Shown here: positions 47,642 through 57,870 of the stretch, piece by piece
Layout: each line of letters begins with the position of its first letter
Numbering within the stretch: the first letter of the stretch is position 1
From: Alphaproteobacteria bacterium
GTDB taxonomy: Bacteria > Pseudomonadota > Alphaproteobacteria > Bin95
NCBI GenBank assembly: GCA_964291285.2
Contig: OZ219787.1
Coordinates: forward strand, 768,001-832,000
Direction: 5' to 3'
Length of the DNA stretch: 64,000 bases
The notes under the pieces: generated by a model
Seen by the model: the letters and a program-made list of their open reading frames with translations, nothing else
The model's database searches: none
What the model was told of the DNA's origin: nothing
Made by a program: the position numbers and the translations under genes

Positions 47642-49195
47642 ATGGACATACTCAACAGCATGATCGGCGGCTTCGAGGCCGCGTTCACGCTCGTCAACCT
47701 CGCCTATATCTGCGTCGGCATCGTGCTCGGCATCATCTTCGGCGTGCTGCCGGGGCTCGGCAGCGTCACCGCGCTCGCCATGCTGATCCCGATCACCTTC
47801 TATTTCACGCCGCTCGCCGCCATCGCCTTCCTGGTCGGCATCAACAAGGGCGGCACATCGGGTGGGGCGATCCCGGCCATCCTCATCAATGCGCCCGGAA
47901 CGCCGGAAGCGGCGGCGACGGCGCTCGACGGCTACCCGCTCGCAAAGCAGGGCCGGCCGGAGAAGGCGATGAAGACGGCGCTCTACTCCTCCGTCTTCGG
48001 CGACACCTTCTCCGACATCGTGCTCATCCTGCTCGCCGCGCCCTTCGCGGCCATCGCGCTGACCTTCGGGCCGAACGAACTGACCACCATCATCCTGTTC
48101 TCCTTCACCATGATCGCGGCGCTGGCGGGCCGCTCGCTCGTGAAGGGGCTGATCGCCGCGGCGCTCGGCCTCTTCCTCAGCACATGGGGCCTCGACCCGG
48201 TGGACTCGACGGAGCGGATGACCTTCGGCACCATCTACCTCTTCGACGGCATCCCGCTCTTGCCCTTCGCCATCGGCACGCTGGCGCTGAGTTCCGTCCT
48301 CTCGCAGCTCTACGACATGCGCCGCGACCGGGGCAAACCGCCGCCGCCGCCTTTGCCGCCGGCCTCGCAGTTCCGGGCCGAGAACCGCATCGCGCCCCGC
48401 GAGTTCTGGGGCAACTGGAAGACGCTCATCCGCTCCGCCTGCATCGGCACCGGCGTCGGCATCCTGCCGGGCCTCGGTGTCACGCTCGCCGCTTTCCTCG
48501 GCTACGGGGCGGCCCGGCGCGCATCGCCGCGCGGGGACAATTTCGGCAAGGGCGAGCTTGAGGGCATCCAGGCGACGGAAGCGGCGAACAGCGCCGTGGT
48601 CGGCTCCAACCTCATTCCCACCATCGCGCTCGGCATTCCCGGCAATGTGGCGGCGGCGCTGCTCATCGGCGCGTTCATGATCCACGGCGTCGTGCCGGGG
48701 CCGCTGATGATGGTGAACCACGCCGAGCTCATCTACTCCATCTTCGCGTCCATGCTGATGGCCAATCTCGCCCATCTCATCATCGGGCGGGTGGGCATCC
48801 GCATCTGGGTCCAGTTCGTCAGGATCCCGAAGCACATCGTGCTGCCGACCGTCGTGCTGCTCTGCGTGGTCGGGGTCTATATTCCGACCAACTCCATGTT
48901 CGACGTGGGCATGCTGTTCCTGTTCGCCGGCGTCGGCTACCTGATGCGCAAGGCGGGCTTCTCCATCGTCTGCCTGGTGATCGGGTTCCTGCTCGGCGAG
49001 AATTTCGAGATCTATCTCCGGCAGACGGTGCTCATCAACAAGGCGGACCTGACCGTCCTGCTGACCAACCCGATTTCGCTCGCGTTCCTGCTGCTCACGC
49101 TGTTCTTCGTCTGGCATTTCGGGGTCCGCGTGCCGCTCCGGCAGAAGCGCGAGCGCGCCGCCGCCGCCAGGGAAACCGGCGCGGCATCCGACTGA
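47642..49195 (+). CDS. tctA: TTT large permease
   Basis: GVLPGLG, INAPGTP, LDGYP, EAANSA, LGIPG. Confidence 0.93.
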   Translation: MDILNSMIGGFEAAFTLVNLAYICVGIVLGIIFGVLPGLGSVTALAMLIPITFYFTPLAAIAFLVGINKGGTSGGAIPAILINAPGTPEAAATALDGYPLAKQGRPEKAMKTALYSSVFGDTFSDIVLILLAAPFAAIALTFGPNELTTIILFSFTMIAALAGRSLVKGLIAAALGLFLSTWGLDPVDSTERMTFGTIYLFDGIPLLPFAIGTLALSSVLSQLYDMRRDRGKPPPPPLPPASQFRAENRIAPREFWGNWKTLIRSACIGTGVGILPGLGVTLAAFLGYGAARRASPRGDNFGKGELEGIQATEAANSAVVGSNLIPTIALGIPGNVAAALLIGAFMIHGVVPGPLMMVNHAELIYSIFASMLMANLAHLIIGRVGIRIWVQFVRIPKHIVLPTVVLLCVVGVYIPTNSMFDVGMLFLFAGVGYLMRKAGFSIVCLVIGFLLGENFEIYLRQTVLINKADLTVLLTNPISLAFLLLTLFFVWHFGVRVPLRQKRERAAAARETGAASD

Positions 49196-49227
49196 ACGAC
49201 CGTTCCACTCCCCCGAGGCGAGGCGCC

Positions 49228-50775
49228 ATGTCCGACCGGCCGAACATCCTCTTCATCACCTCCGACCAGCAGCGCGCGGACTGCTACGGCTTCGCCGGCC
49301 GGCGCGTGAAGACCCCGCATCTGGACCGGCTGGCGGCGGAAGGGACGCATTTCGACGCCTGCATCACGCCGAACCTTGTGTGCCAGCCCTCGCGGGCCTC
49401 CATGCTGACCGGCCTCCTGCCGCTGACCCACGGCGTGGCGGACAACGGCATCGACCTGCGCCCGGAGGTGGGCGAGCGCGGCTTCGCGACGGCGCTGGGC
49501 GCGCAGGGCTACGACACGGCCTTCATCGGCAAGGCGCATTTCGCGACCAGCAGCACCTTCTCGCCGACCGGCACGCCGGAATGCAGCCACAGCACGGCCG
49601 GTTTCGACCCGTCCTGGTTCGGGCCCTATATGGGCTTCAGCCATGTCGAGCTGATGGTGCTCGGGCACTGGTTCCACCACCGCAGGGAGGCGTTCACGCC
49701 GCCGAACGGGCAGCATTTCGAGCGCTGGGCGTTCGAGGAGGCCGGTTATCCCGACATCTTCGACCTCTGGGCGGCCGAGACGCAGCCGGGCACGGGCGCG
49801 GCGCAGACCTGGAGTTCCGCCATGCCGGCCGCGGTGCACAGCAGCGCCTGGTGCGCGGACCGCACGATCGAGTGGCTGCAGAACCGGAAGGCGGACACGC
49901 CCTGTTGCGCGTGGGTCTCGTTCCCGGACCCGCACCATCCCTTCGACTGCCCGGAGCCCTGGAGCCTGCTGCACCATCCGGACGAGGTGGAACTGCCGGT
50001 CGAGGGCGGGAAGGACCTCGACCGCCGCCCCTGGTGGCACCGGGCCTCGCTGGAGCGCGAACCGGCGCTTGCCGACCCGAGTCTCAGGGATTTCCGCGCC
50101 AAGCTCTCGCGCGTGCCGGACCAGACCGAGGCGCAGCTGCGCGAGATGACGGCGAACTATTACGGCATGGTCTCGCTGATCGACCATTCCGTCGGGCGCA
50201 TCCTCATCGAGCTCGACCGGCTGGGCATGCGCGACAACACCATCGTCGTCTATTCGACCGACCATGGCGACCTGCTGGGCGACCACGGCCTCTACCTCAA
50301 GGGTCCGACGCCCTACGAAGCGCTGCTCAGGGTGGGCCTCCTCGCGCGCGGGCCCGGCATTCCCGCCGGACGGGTGGCGAAGGACCCGGTCTCCACCCTG
50401 GACCTGCCCGCGACCTTCTGCGACTACGCCGGCACGGCGCTCGATGAGCGCGCCCAGTCCGGGAGCCTGCGCGGCCTGTTCGAGAACGCGCCGGGCGCCG
50501 GGCGCGAGGTGGCCTACAGCGAGTGGAATGTGAATGCGAGCCGCTGCGGCGTGCCGCTGGAGCTGCGCACCGTGCGCACGAAGACGGCGAAGCTGACGCT
50601 GGAGCTGGGTTCCGGCGCGGGCGAGCTTTACGACCTTGCCAACGACCCGCATGAAATGGACAACCGCTTCGACGATCCGGGCGCGGCCGCGCTCCGCCGC
50701 GAGCTGGAGGAGATGGTTCACGCGCGGCCGGGCGAGGTGCTGGAAGCGTTCGACGAGCCCGTCGGCATGGCCTGA
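49228..50775 (+). CDS. Cys-type sulfatase family hydrolase
   Basis: PNILFITSDQQR, TPHLD, CQPSRAS.LTG, GKAH, DPHHP, TDHG. Confidence 0.93.
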   Translation: MSDRPNILFITSDQQRADCYGFAGRRVKTPHLDRLAAEGTHFDACITPNLVCQPSRASMLTGLLPLTHGVADNGIDLRPEVGERGFATALGAQGYDTAFIGKAHFATSSTFSPTGTPECSHSTAGFDPSWFGPYMGFSHVELMVLGHWFHHRREAFTPPNGQHFERWAFEEAGYPDIFDLWAAETQPGTGAAQTWSSAMPAAVHSSAWCADRTIEWLQNRKADTPCCAWVSFPDPHHPFDCPEPWSLLHHPDEVELPVEGGKDLDRRPWWHRASLEREPALADPSLRDFRAKLSRVPDQTEAQLREMTANYYGMVSLIDHSVGRILIELDRLGMRDNTIVVYSTDHGDLLGDHGLYLKGPTPYEALLRVGLLARGPGIPAGRVAKDPVSTLDLPATFCDYAGTALDERAQSGSLRGLFENAPGAGREVAYSEWNVNASRCGVPLELRTVRTKTAKLTLELGSGAGELYDLANDPHEMDNRFDDPGAAALRRELEEMVHARPGEVLEAFDEPVGMA

Positions 50776-50847
50776 CCGCCTCGGTTCAAAACGCCGCGCC
50801 CATGCTCTAAAAGACGCGGCAACGCAATGTAGCGAGGCCCGGCTCCC

Positions 50848-51435
50848 ATGCGCGAAGCGTCGATAGCGCGGAAGACGACGGAAACCGAGATCGATGTCCG
50901 GATTCGCCTGGACGGTGAGGGCCGCTACAGCGTCTCGACCGGCGTCGGCTTCCTCGACCACATGCTGGAACAACTGGCCCGGCACGGCCTCGTCGACCTC
51001 GAGATCGCCGCGAAGGGCGACCTGCACATCGACGCGCACCACACCACGGAGGACACCGGCATCGCCGTCGGACAGGCCGTGTCCGCCGCGCTCGGCGACC
51101 GGAAGGGCATAAGGCGCTACGGCCATGCCTACGTGCCGATGGACGAGGCCCTGGTGCGCGTCGCGCTCGACCTGTCCAACCGGCCTTACCTCATCTGGCA
51201 CGTGGAGATGCCGACCGAGAAGCTCGGCATTATGGACACGGAGCTGTTCCGGGAGTGGTTCCAGGCCTTTTCGCAGCATGCCGGCGCGACGCTGCACGTC
51301 GAATGCCTCTACGGCGCCAACACGCATCATATCGTCGAGGCCTGCTTCAAGGCGCTGGCGCGGGCGCTCAGGGCGGCCATGGAGATCGATCCGCGCCGGA
51401 GCGACGCCGTGCCGTCCACCAAGGGCAGCCTCTGA
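50848..51435 (+). CDS. hisB: imidazoleglycerol-phosphate dehydratase
   Basis: [32 protein letters not shown]. Confidence 0.96.
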   Translation: MREASIARKTTETEIDVRIRLDGEGRYSVSTGVGFLDHMLEQLARHGLVDLEIAAKGDLHIDAHHTTEDTGIAVGQAVSAALGDRKGIRRYGHAYVPMDEALVRVALDLSNRPYLIWHVEMPTEKLGIMDTELFREWFQAFSQHAGATLHVECLYGANTHHIVEACFKALARALRAAMEIDPRRSDAVPSTKGSL

Positions 51436-51443
51436 GCGCCGCA

Positions 51444-51806
51444 ATGCGCATCTACACGATCCACCGCCGCAGCCGGGGTATCCTGGAGGAGCCCGAAATC
51501 CGCGCCGTCAAGGAGGGCTTCTGCTGGCCGGCGCTGTTCTTCGGGCCGTTCTGGGCGGCCTGGCGCGGCGAGTGGGCGGTCGCGGCGGCGCTGCTGGCGG
51601 CGCTTGCCGCCGCGGCCCTCCTTCCGGGGGCGTTCTTCTGGCTGTCGCTGCCGGCGCTGCTGCTGATTGCGCTCACGGCGGGTTTCGAGGGCAACGAGTT
51701 CGCGCGGCGGCGCCTCGACAGGCGCGGCTTTGCCGAAACCGCGCTCGCCGCCGGGCGGAATGCCGGCGAAGCCGAAGCGCGTTTCCTCGCCCGGTCGGCG
51801 CCGTGA
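51444..51806 (+). CDS. DUF2628 membrane protein
   Basis: VKEGF.W.ALFFGPFW, EAEARF; usual hisB-hisH position. Confidence 0.75.
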   Translation: MRIYTIHRRSRGILEEPEIRAVKEGFCWPALFFGPFWAAWRGEWAVAAALLAALAAAALLPGAFFWLSLPALLLIALTAGFEGNEFARRRLDRRGFAETALAAGRNAGEAEARFLARSAP

Positions 51807-52444
51807 GCACCGCCATCGTCGATTACGGGTCCGGCAACCTCCGCTCGGCGGAAAAGGCGTTCGCGCGCGCGCTCGACGAGAACGGCGGAGGGGGCCCGGT
51901 GGTGGTGACGGCCGACCCCGACAGGGTAGCCGCTGCCGAGCGCATCGTGCTGCCCGGCGTCGGCGCCTTCGGCGACTGCCGCGCGGGCCTGTTCGACCTC
52001 GACGGCATGGTGGAGGCGCTGGAGGAGGCGGTGGTCGCCGGGGGGCGGCCGTTCCTCGGCATCTGCGTCGGCATGCAGCTGATGGCCGAGCGGGGGCTGG
52101 AGCACGGCGTGCATGAGGGCCTCGGCTGGCTGCCCGGCAGCGTCGTGGCGCTGGAGCCGGGCGACCCGGCCCTCAAGGTGCCGCATATGGGCTGGAACGG
52201 CCTGTCGGCGGTGGCCGACCACCCCGTGCTGGCCGGCCTCGAGAACGGCGGCCATGTCTATTTCGTGCATTCCTACCGGTTTCAGCCGGCGGAGGAGGAC
52301 GACATGCTGGCGGAGAGCGACCATGGCGGGCGCTTCGCCGCCGTTGTCGGTCGCGGCAATTTGATCGGCACGCAATTCCATCCCGAGAAGAGCCAGGTAT
52401 ATGGATTGCGTCTCATCGCGAACTTCCTCGATTGGCGGCCCTGA
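51803..52444 (+). CDS. hisH: IGP synthase glutaminase subunit
   Basis: DYGSGNL, LPGVGAF, GICVGMQ, PHMGWN, QFHPEKS. Confidence 0.96.
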   Translation: MSTAIVDYGSGNLRSAEKAFARALDENGGGGPVVVTADPDRVAAAERIVLPGVGAFGDCRAGLFDLDGMVEALEEAVVAGGRPFLGICVGMQLMAERGLEHGVHEGLGWLPGSVVALEPGDPALKVPHMGWNGLSAVADHPVLAGLENGGHVYFVHSYRFQPAEEDDMLAESDHGGRFAAVVGRGNLIGTQFHPEKSQVYGLRLIANFLDWRP

Positions 52445-52445
52445 G

Positions 52446-52985
52446 ATGACGGACATTCGGGTAGAGCTCCTCAAGTCGCTTGAAGGGACCGACCTGTTCG
52501 ATCTCTGCGAGGCGACCGACGCGGCGATACTGGACGGCGGCGGATTCGGATTCGTGTCCCCGCCCGAGCGCAGCTGGCTCGAACGCTACTGGCAGGGCGT
52601 GCTGCTGGTGCCTGAGCGCAGCCTGTTCGTCGCCCGGCAGTCGGGCGCGATCTGCGGCTCCGTGCAGATGGTGGCGCCGCCGCGCAACAACGAGGCCCAG
52701 AAGTCCATTGTCGCCGTGCAGCATCTTTTCGTGGCCCCCTGGGCGCGCGGCCTGGGCGTCGGCAGCCTGTTGATGGAGGCCGTGGAAGAGGAGGCGCGGA
52801 AGCGCCGTTTCAGGGTCATCAATCTCGATGTGCGGGAAACCCAGACCCAGGCGATAACCATGTACGAAACGCTCGGCTACAGGCGTTGGGGGGTCCACCC
52901 GAAATACGCCCATGTCCGCGGCGAGTGGGTGCCGGGCATCTACTTCTACAAGGACGTGCCGCCTCCGGGGAAACGGCGCGACTGA
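52446..52985 (+). CDS. GNAT acetyltransferase
   Basis: [26 protein letters not shown]. Confidence 0.88.
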   Translation: MTDIRVELLKSLEGTDLFDLCEATDAAILDGGGFGFVSPPERSWLERYWQGVLLVPERSLFVARQSGAICGSVQMVAPPRNNEAQKSIVAVQHLFVAPWARGLGVGSLLMEAVEEEARKRRFRVINLDVRETQTQAITMYETLGYRRWGVHPKYAHVRGEWVPGIYFYKDVPPPGKRRD

Positions 52986-53719
52986 TGATCGTCTATCCGG
53001 CCATCGACCTCAAGGACGGCTCCTGCGTGCGCCTGGTCCAGGGCGATATGGGCCGGGTGACGGTGTTCAACGACGACCCTGCCGACCAGGCCGGACGGTT
53101 CGAGGCGGCGGGATTCGCCTGGCTGCATCTGGTGGACCTGAACGGTGCTGTCGAGGGCGAGCCGGTGAATGCCGAGGCCGTCGAGACCGTACTCGGCGCC
53201 GTCGACCTGCCGGTCCAGCTGGGCGGCGGCATCCGCGACATGGCGACGATCGAGATGTGGCTCGGCAAGGGCGTGCGCCGGGTCGTGCTCGGCACGGCGG
53301 CGCTGAACGACCCGGAACTCGTCCGCTCCGCCTGCCGCCGGTTCCCGGACCGGATCGTCGTGGGTATCGATGCGCGCGACGGCATGGTCGCCACCAGGGG
53401 CTGGACGGAGACCTCGGAAACCCCGGCGCTCGATCTCGCGCTCCGTTTCGAGGATGCCGGCGTCGCGGCCATCGTGTTCACCGACATCGCCCGCGACGGC
53501 GCGCTCGGCGGCGTCAACATGGATGCGACGGTGGACCTCGCCTGGGCGTTGACCACCCCGGTCATCGCCTCGGGGGGCGTGTCGGACCATGACGACCTCC
53601 GGGCGATCTACGCCGAGCGGGACTCGGGCATAGAAGGGGTGATCTGCGGGCGCGCGCTCTATGACGGGCGGATCGACCCGGCGACGGCGCTGCGCATTGC
53701 GGCGGGCGGCGAATGCTGA
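52985..53719 (+). CDS. hisA: ProFAR isomerase
   Basis: [27 protein letters not shown]. Confidence 0.96.
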   Translation: MIVYPAIDLKDGSCVRLVQGDMGRVTVFNDDPADQAGRFEAAGFAWLHLVDLNGAVEGEPVNAEAVETVLGAVDLPVQLGGGIRDMATIEMWLGKGVRRVVLGTAALNDPELVRSACRRFPDRIVVGIDARDGMVATRGWTETSETPALDLALRFEDAGVAAIVFTDIARDGALGGVNMDATVDLAWALTTPVIASGGVSDHDDLRAIYAERDSGIEGVICGRALYDGRIDPATALRIAAGGEC

Positions 53720-54483
53720 CCGTGCGCGTCATCCCCTGTCTGGACGTGGACGCCGGCAGGGTTGTGAAGGGCGTCAATTTCGTGGACCTGCGCGATATGG
53801 GCGATCCCGTGGAGCAGGCGCGGTTCTACGACGCATCGGGCGCGGACGAGCTCTGCTTTCTCGACATCACCGCGAGCCACGAGCAGCGCGATACGATCCT
53901 CGACGTGGTGCGCCGCACCGCCGAGGGCTGCTTTATGCCGGTGACCGTGGGAGGCGGCATCCGCACGGTGGAGAACATCCGCAACCTGCTGCTGGCCGGC
54001 GCGGACAAGGTCTCCATAAACACGGCCGCGGTCGCCCGCCCGGAATTCGTGCGGGAAGCCGCGCGCAAGTTCGGCACGCAGTGCATTACGGTTGCGGTCG
54101 ATGCGAAGCGCACAGGACCCGGCCGGTGGGAGGTCTTCACCCATGGCGGGCGGCGCCCGACCGGGATAGAGGCGGTCGGCTGGGCGGAACGCATGGTCTC
54201 GTTCGGGGCCGGCGAAATCCTGCTGACCTCGATGGACCGGGACGGCACGAAGGACGGCTACGACCTGGCGCTTACGCGCGCGGTCGCCGATGCGGTGCCG
54301 GTGCCTGTCATTGCGTCCGGCGGGGTCGGCTCGCTCGACCATCTTGCCGAGGGCGTGGCCGAGGGCCGCGCCTCGGCCGTGCTTGCCGCCTCGATCTTCC
54401 ACGACCGCATCTACTCCATCGCCGACGCCAAGCGGTCCATGGCGGCGGCCGGCATCCCGGTGCGCCCGGAGCCCCGAATATGA
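53713..54483 (+). CDS. hisF: IGP synthase cyclase subunit
   Basis: [34 protein letters not shown]. Confidence 0.97.
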   Translation: MLTVRVIPCLDVDAGRVVKGVNFVDLRDMGDPVEQARFYDASGADELCFLDITASHEQRDTILDVVRRTAEGCFMPVTVGGGIRTVENIRNLLLAGADKVSINTAAVARPEFVREAARKFGTQCITVAVDAKRTGPGRWEVFTHGGRRPTGIEAVGWAERMVSFGAGEILLTSMDRDGTKDGYDLALTRAVADAVPVPVIASGGVGSLDHLAEGVAEGRASAVLAASIFHDRIYSIADAKRSMAAAGIPVRPEPRI

Positions 54484-54794
54484 GCGAGACGGATATTCTC
54501 GACCGGCTTTATGCGGTCATCGAAAGCCGGCGCGGCGCCGACCCGGAAACCTCGCGCACCGCGCGCTACTTCCTGCTGGGACGAGAGAAGATTGCGCAGA
54601 AGGTGGGCGAGGAAGCCGTCGAGACGGTCATCGAAGCGGTGCGCGGCGACCGGGACCGGCTGGTCGAGGAAAGCGCGGACCTGCTCTACCACCTGCTGGT
54701 GCTCTGGGCGGATGCGGGCGTGACACCCGACGATGTGCGCGCCGCGCTGGCCTGGCGCGAAGGCAAACCCGACGCAAGCGAGCGATCCCGATGA
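54480..54794 (+). CDS. hisE: phosphoribosyl-ATP diphosphatase
   Basis: [19 protein letters not shown]. Confidence 0.95.
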   Translation: MSETDILDRLYAVIESRRGADPETSRTARYFLLGREKIAQKVGEEAVETVIEAVRGDRDRLVEESADLLYHLLVLWADAGVTPDDVRAALAWREGKPDASERSR

Positions 54795-55150
54795 GCTACG
54801 ACGACGACAATATCTTTGCGCGCATCCTGCGGGGCGAGATCCCCTGCGACAAGGTGTATGAAAACGGTCAGGCGCTCGCCTTCCGCGACATCGCGCCGAA
54901 GGCCCCGACCCATGTGCTGGTGATCCCCAGGGGCCGCTACGAAACGCTGCACGAGTTTGCCGAGAAAGGCAGCGACGCCGAGCTGGCCGACTGGGTGCGC
55001 GCCATGGCGGCGGTCGCACGCGCCGAAGGCGTGACCGAAGACGGCTACCGCGCGACCGTCAATAACGGCCGCCACGGCAACCAGGAAGTGCCGCATGTGC
55101 ATGCGCACATCGTTGGCGGCCGCCAGCTCGGCGGCGCGCCGCGCGGATAG
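54791..55150 (+). CDS. HIT family nucleotide-binding protein
   Basis: NIFARILRGEIP, QEVPHVHAH. Confidence 0.93.
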   Translation: MSYDDDNIFARILRGEIPCDKVYENGQALAFRDIAPKAPTHVLVIPRGRYETLHEFAEKGSDAELADWVRAMAAVARAEGVTEDGYRATVNNGRHGNQEVPHVHAHIVGGRQLGGAPRG

Positions 55151-55223
55151 GGCCCGGCGGAACCGCGGCGGCGATGAAAGCCGGCTGCGGCATTGCGAAG
55201 GCCCGCGCCCCGTTCAGGCGCAC

Positions 55224-56306
55224 TCAATCGAGAATGGACCGGACCTCCTCCCAGAGAGCGATGGTCGTATCCGTCGCTGAAGCTGTGGGCGCAAGCCTGG
55301 CTGACTGACCGGCCCAGGCCTGCATGCCGGCAAGGTCGTCGGTCCTGGCGGCTTCGCTTCGCATCGCCTGTGTGAGATGGCGCTGGATCGGATATGGCGC
55401 CGGCGCTGGCGCTTCCGGGGACGCCGCTGCGAGCGCGTATCGGGTACGGATGCTTCGACCAAGGCGTCCCGAAAACGCGCGGGTGGCGATGGTGTCCTCA
55501 GGCCGGACATCGCCGAGCGCAGCCACCCATGCCGACGGGAGTTTCGCTTCCGGCGCGCGCAGAAACCCCGTGCCGATCTGGACGGCGGAAGCGCCGAGGA
55601 GAAGCGCGGCGGAAATCCCTCTGGCGTCGGCGATGCCTCCGGTGGCGACAACCGGCGCCCGGATGGCGTCCACAATAGCCGGCACGAGCGAAAACAGGCC
55701 GACCATGTTCGACTCGGCATCGGCCCCGTCGAATGCGCCCCGATGACCGCCCGCCTCCATGCCCTGCGCCACGATGACATCGGTGCCGGCCTCTTCGGCC
55801 ATGACCGCTTCGGCGACGGTAGTGGCGGTCGCGAACCAGCGGATCTTGCGCTGCTTCATTCGGGAGACGAATTCCGGAGGATAAAGGCCCATGATGGACG
55901 AGATCGCGGCGGGTCCGGCGTCAAGCATCGCCTCGCACTGACCGGCGAAGTCGGGCGGCGGCGTGTCGGCGGCGTCTTCCGGGGCCGCCGGACCCCAGCA
56001 GAACAGGAACTCGCGGACCGAGCGCTCATGATCCGGATTCCGCTCCGGATCGGGGTCCGGAATCCAGGTGTTGAGTTGGAAGGCGCCGCTCGAACCCGAG
56101 CGCATTTCACGGACCCAGTCGGCAATCTGCCCGGCGCTCATCATCAACACGCCGCAGGCGCCCATTCCGCCTCCGTTCGCTACGGCGATCGACAATGAAG
56201 CCGGACAGGCTCCGGCCATCGGCGCCAGCAATATCGGCACCTGAAGGCCATGCGCATCGGCGAACTCTTGAGCGCGCGCCATCGCCTTCCCGGAGTTGCC
56301 CATCAT
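55224..56306 (-). CDS. nitronate monooxygenase family flavoprotein
   Basis: PILLAPMAG, QGMEAGGHRG, ATGGIAD, QIGTGFL, WAGQ. Confidence 0.92.
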   Translation of the reverse strand: MMGNSGKAMARAQEFADAHGLQVPILLAPMAGACPASLSIAVANGGGMGACGVLMMSAGQIADWVREMRSGSSGAFQLNTWIPDPDPERNPDHERSVREFLFCWGPAAPEDAADTPPPDFAGQCEAMLDAGPAAISSIMGLYPPEFVSRMKQRKIRWFATATTVAEAVMAEEAGTDVIVAQGMEAGGHRGAFDGADAESNMVGLFSLVPAIVDAIRAPVVATGGIADARGISAALLLGASAVQIGTGFLRAPEAKLPSAWVAALGDVRPEDTIATRAFSGRLGRSIRTRYALAAASPEAPAPAPYPIQRHLTQAMRSEAARTDDLAGMQAWAGQSARLAPTASATDTTIALWEEVRSILD

Positions 56307-56468
56307 CCCTCCTTGCCCGGTGCGGTTGACCGAGTAATGGACGTCGCGAATCTCGTCTGCAACAGGATTCTCTGCCCGGACGCCCGGCCTTGGACGTCGC
56401 GATCACGGCGGCCTCCGCGAAGGCGGGACCGCAATCTTCCCGTGAGTCGAAAACTGAGGCCGCCAGTA

Positions 56469-57821
56469 CTAGTCCTTCGCCTTGCGCGGCTTGACCCGGT
56501 TGAGGATGTCCTGCGCCCGGTGCCAGTCGGCGGAGTGTTCCGGGAGCTTGCGGACGGCGCGGCCGGCAAGGGCGGCGGCGCGGCGGATATCGCCCGTGAG
56601 AATGGCGTGTTCGGCCAGCGCAAGGTCGGCGAATTCGGGCCGGCCCGAACGGCCCTCGGCGATGCCGAGCCAGTACCAGCCGCTCGCGCTTCGCGGCGTG
56701 CGGCGGACGGCCTCGCGCAGATTGCGGATGGCCTCCGCGAGCGTCTGCCGCGTCCCGGCCTCGATGGCGGCCCGGCCGAGCTCGACGCGGATGAGGCTTG
56801 CATGGGGAGAGAGGCGAACGGCCTGCCGATAGGATTCCAGCGCCTCCGCGCCGCGCCCGTTCTCGAACAGCATCTGGCCCCGGAGCTCGTGGAAGTAGGG
56901 GTCTTCCGGCGCCTCCGCGATGAGGCCGTCGATCAGGATGAGCGCCTCGCCGAGGTTCGGGACGCGGTAATGGGCGATCGCGCGGGCGTAACGCGCCGCT
57001 ACGCTCCCGTCCGAGGCGTCGTAACGCGCGAGCGTCTCCTCCGGAGGATTGAGAAATCCGTCGAGCTTGGCGACCATCCGGGCATGGCGGCGGTAGAAGC
57101 TGTCCGGCAGTTTCCTCCCGGTCCAGGGGGAACGCGCCGCATGGTCGCGCACGATCCGGATACGGTCTTCGGTGAGGGGGTGGGTGCGTCGATACACATC
57201 CCCGCCTCCTCCTCCGATCGTCTCGCGATGCTCGAGAATCCCGAGGAATTCCGCGAAGCCCCGCGATGAAACTTTCGCCCCGTCGAGATACTTCAGGGCC
57301 GCCTGGTCGGCCGCCGACTCCTCTGTGCGGGAATGGCGCAGCAGGCCGTGCTCGGCCAGCGCGGCGCCGCCCGATATCAGCGCCTGCGCGACGCGCGGGT
57401 CCCCCGTGGCGATGCCGGCGGCCGCGCCGAGCGCCGTCGAGAGGATCGCCTGTGCCGTCCGGTTCTCGACTTCGTCCTTGAGGCGGGCGAGATGTCCGCC
57501 GACGATGTGGCCCGTTTCATGCGCGATCACGGCGATGACCTGGCCGGGGCTCTCGCTGACCCGCAACAGCCCGGTGTACAGGAATATCCGCATCCCGTTG
57601 GAAACGAAGGCGTTCACCTGGTCGCTATTCACGAGGTGCAGGCGTATGCTTTCCGGGTGAAGACCGGCGGCTTCGAAGACCGGACCCGCGAAGATGCGAA
57701 GCGTTTCCTCTATTTCCGCGTCGCGGACCAGCTTGATGGACCGGGCTTCCGAAGGTGCGGCGGCCGAAAATGCAAGCAGCGCGGCGAAGAGGCCGCAGAG
57801 AAGGGATCGCATGGGCCTCAT
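56469..57821 (-). CDS. M48 metalloprotease with TPR repeats (BepA-like)
   Basis: VNAF, VIAHETGH, E..AD, RTHP. Confidence 0.9.
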   Translation of the reverse strand: MRPMRSLLCGLFAALLAFSAAAPSEARSIKLVRDAEIEETLRIFAGPVFEAAGLHPESIRLHLVNSDQVNAFVSNGMRIFLYTGLLRVSESPGQVIAVIAHETGHIVGGHLARLKDEVENRTAQAILSTALGAAAGIATGDPRVAQALISGGAALAEHGLLRHSRTEESAADQAALKYLDGAKVSSRGFAEFLGILEHRETIGGGGGDVYRRTHPLTEDRIRIVRDHAARSPWTGRKLPDSFYRRHARMVAKLDGFLNPPEETLARYDASDGSVAARYARAIAHYRVPNLGEALILIDGLIAEAPEDPYFHELRGQMLFENGRGAEALESYRQAVRLSPHASLIRVELGRAAIEAGTRQTLAEAIRNLREAVRRTPRSASGWYWLGIAEGRSGRPEFADLALAEHAILTGDIRRAAALAGRAVRKLPEHSADWHRAQDILNRVKPRKAKD

Positions 57822-57870
57822 GGATGGCGACCTTGCAAGGCGTCCCGGGCAAGCTAGGCGCCGGACCGGT

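Noticed and set aside
51444-52985. DUF2628 and GNAT genes inside the his operon as novelty
   Set aside because: Such insertions are commonplace in alphaproteobacterial his clusters.
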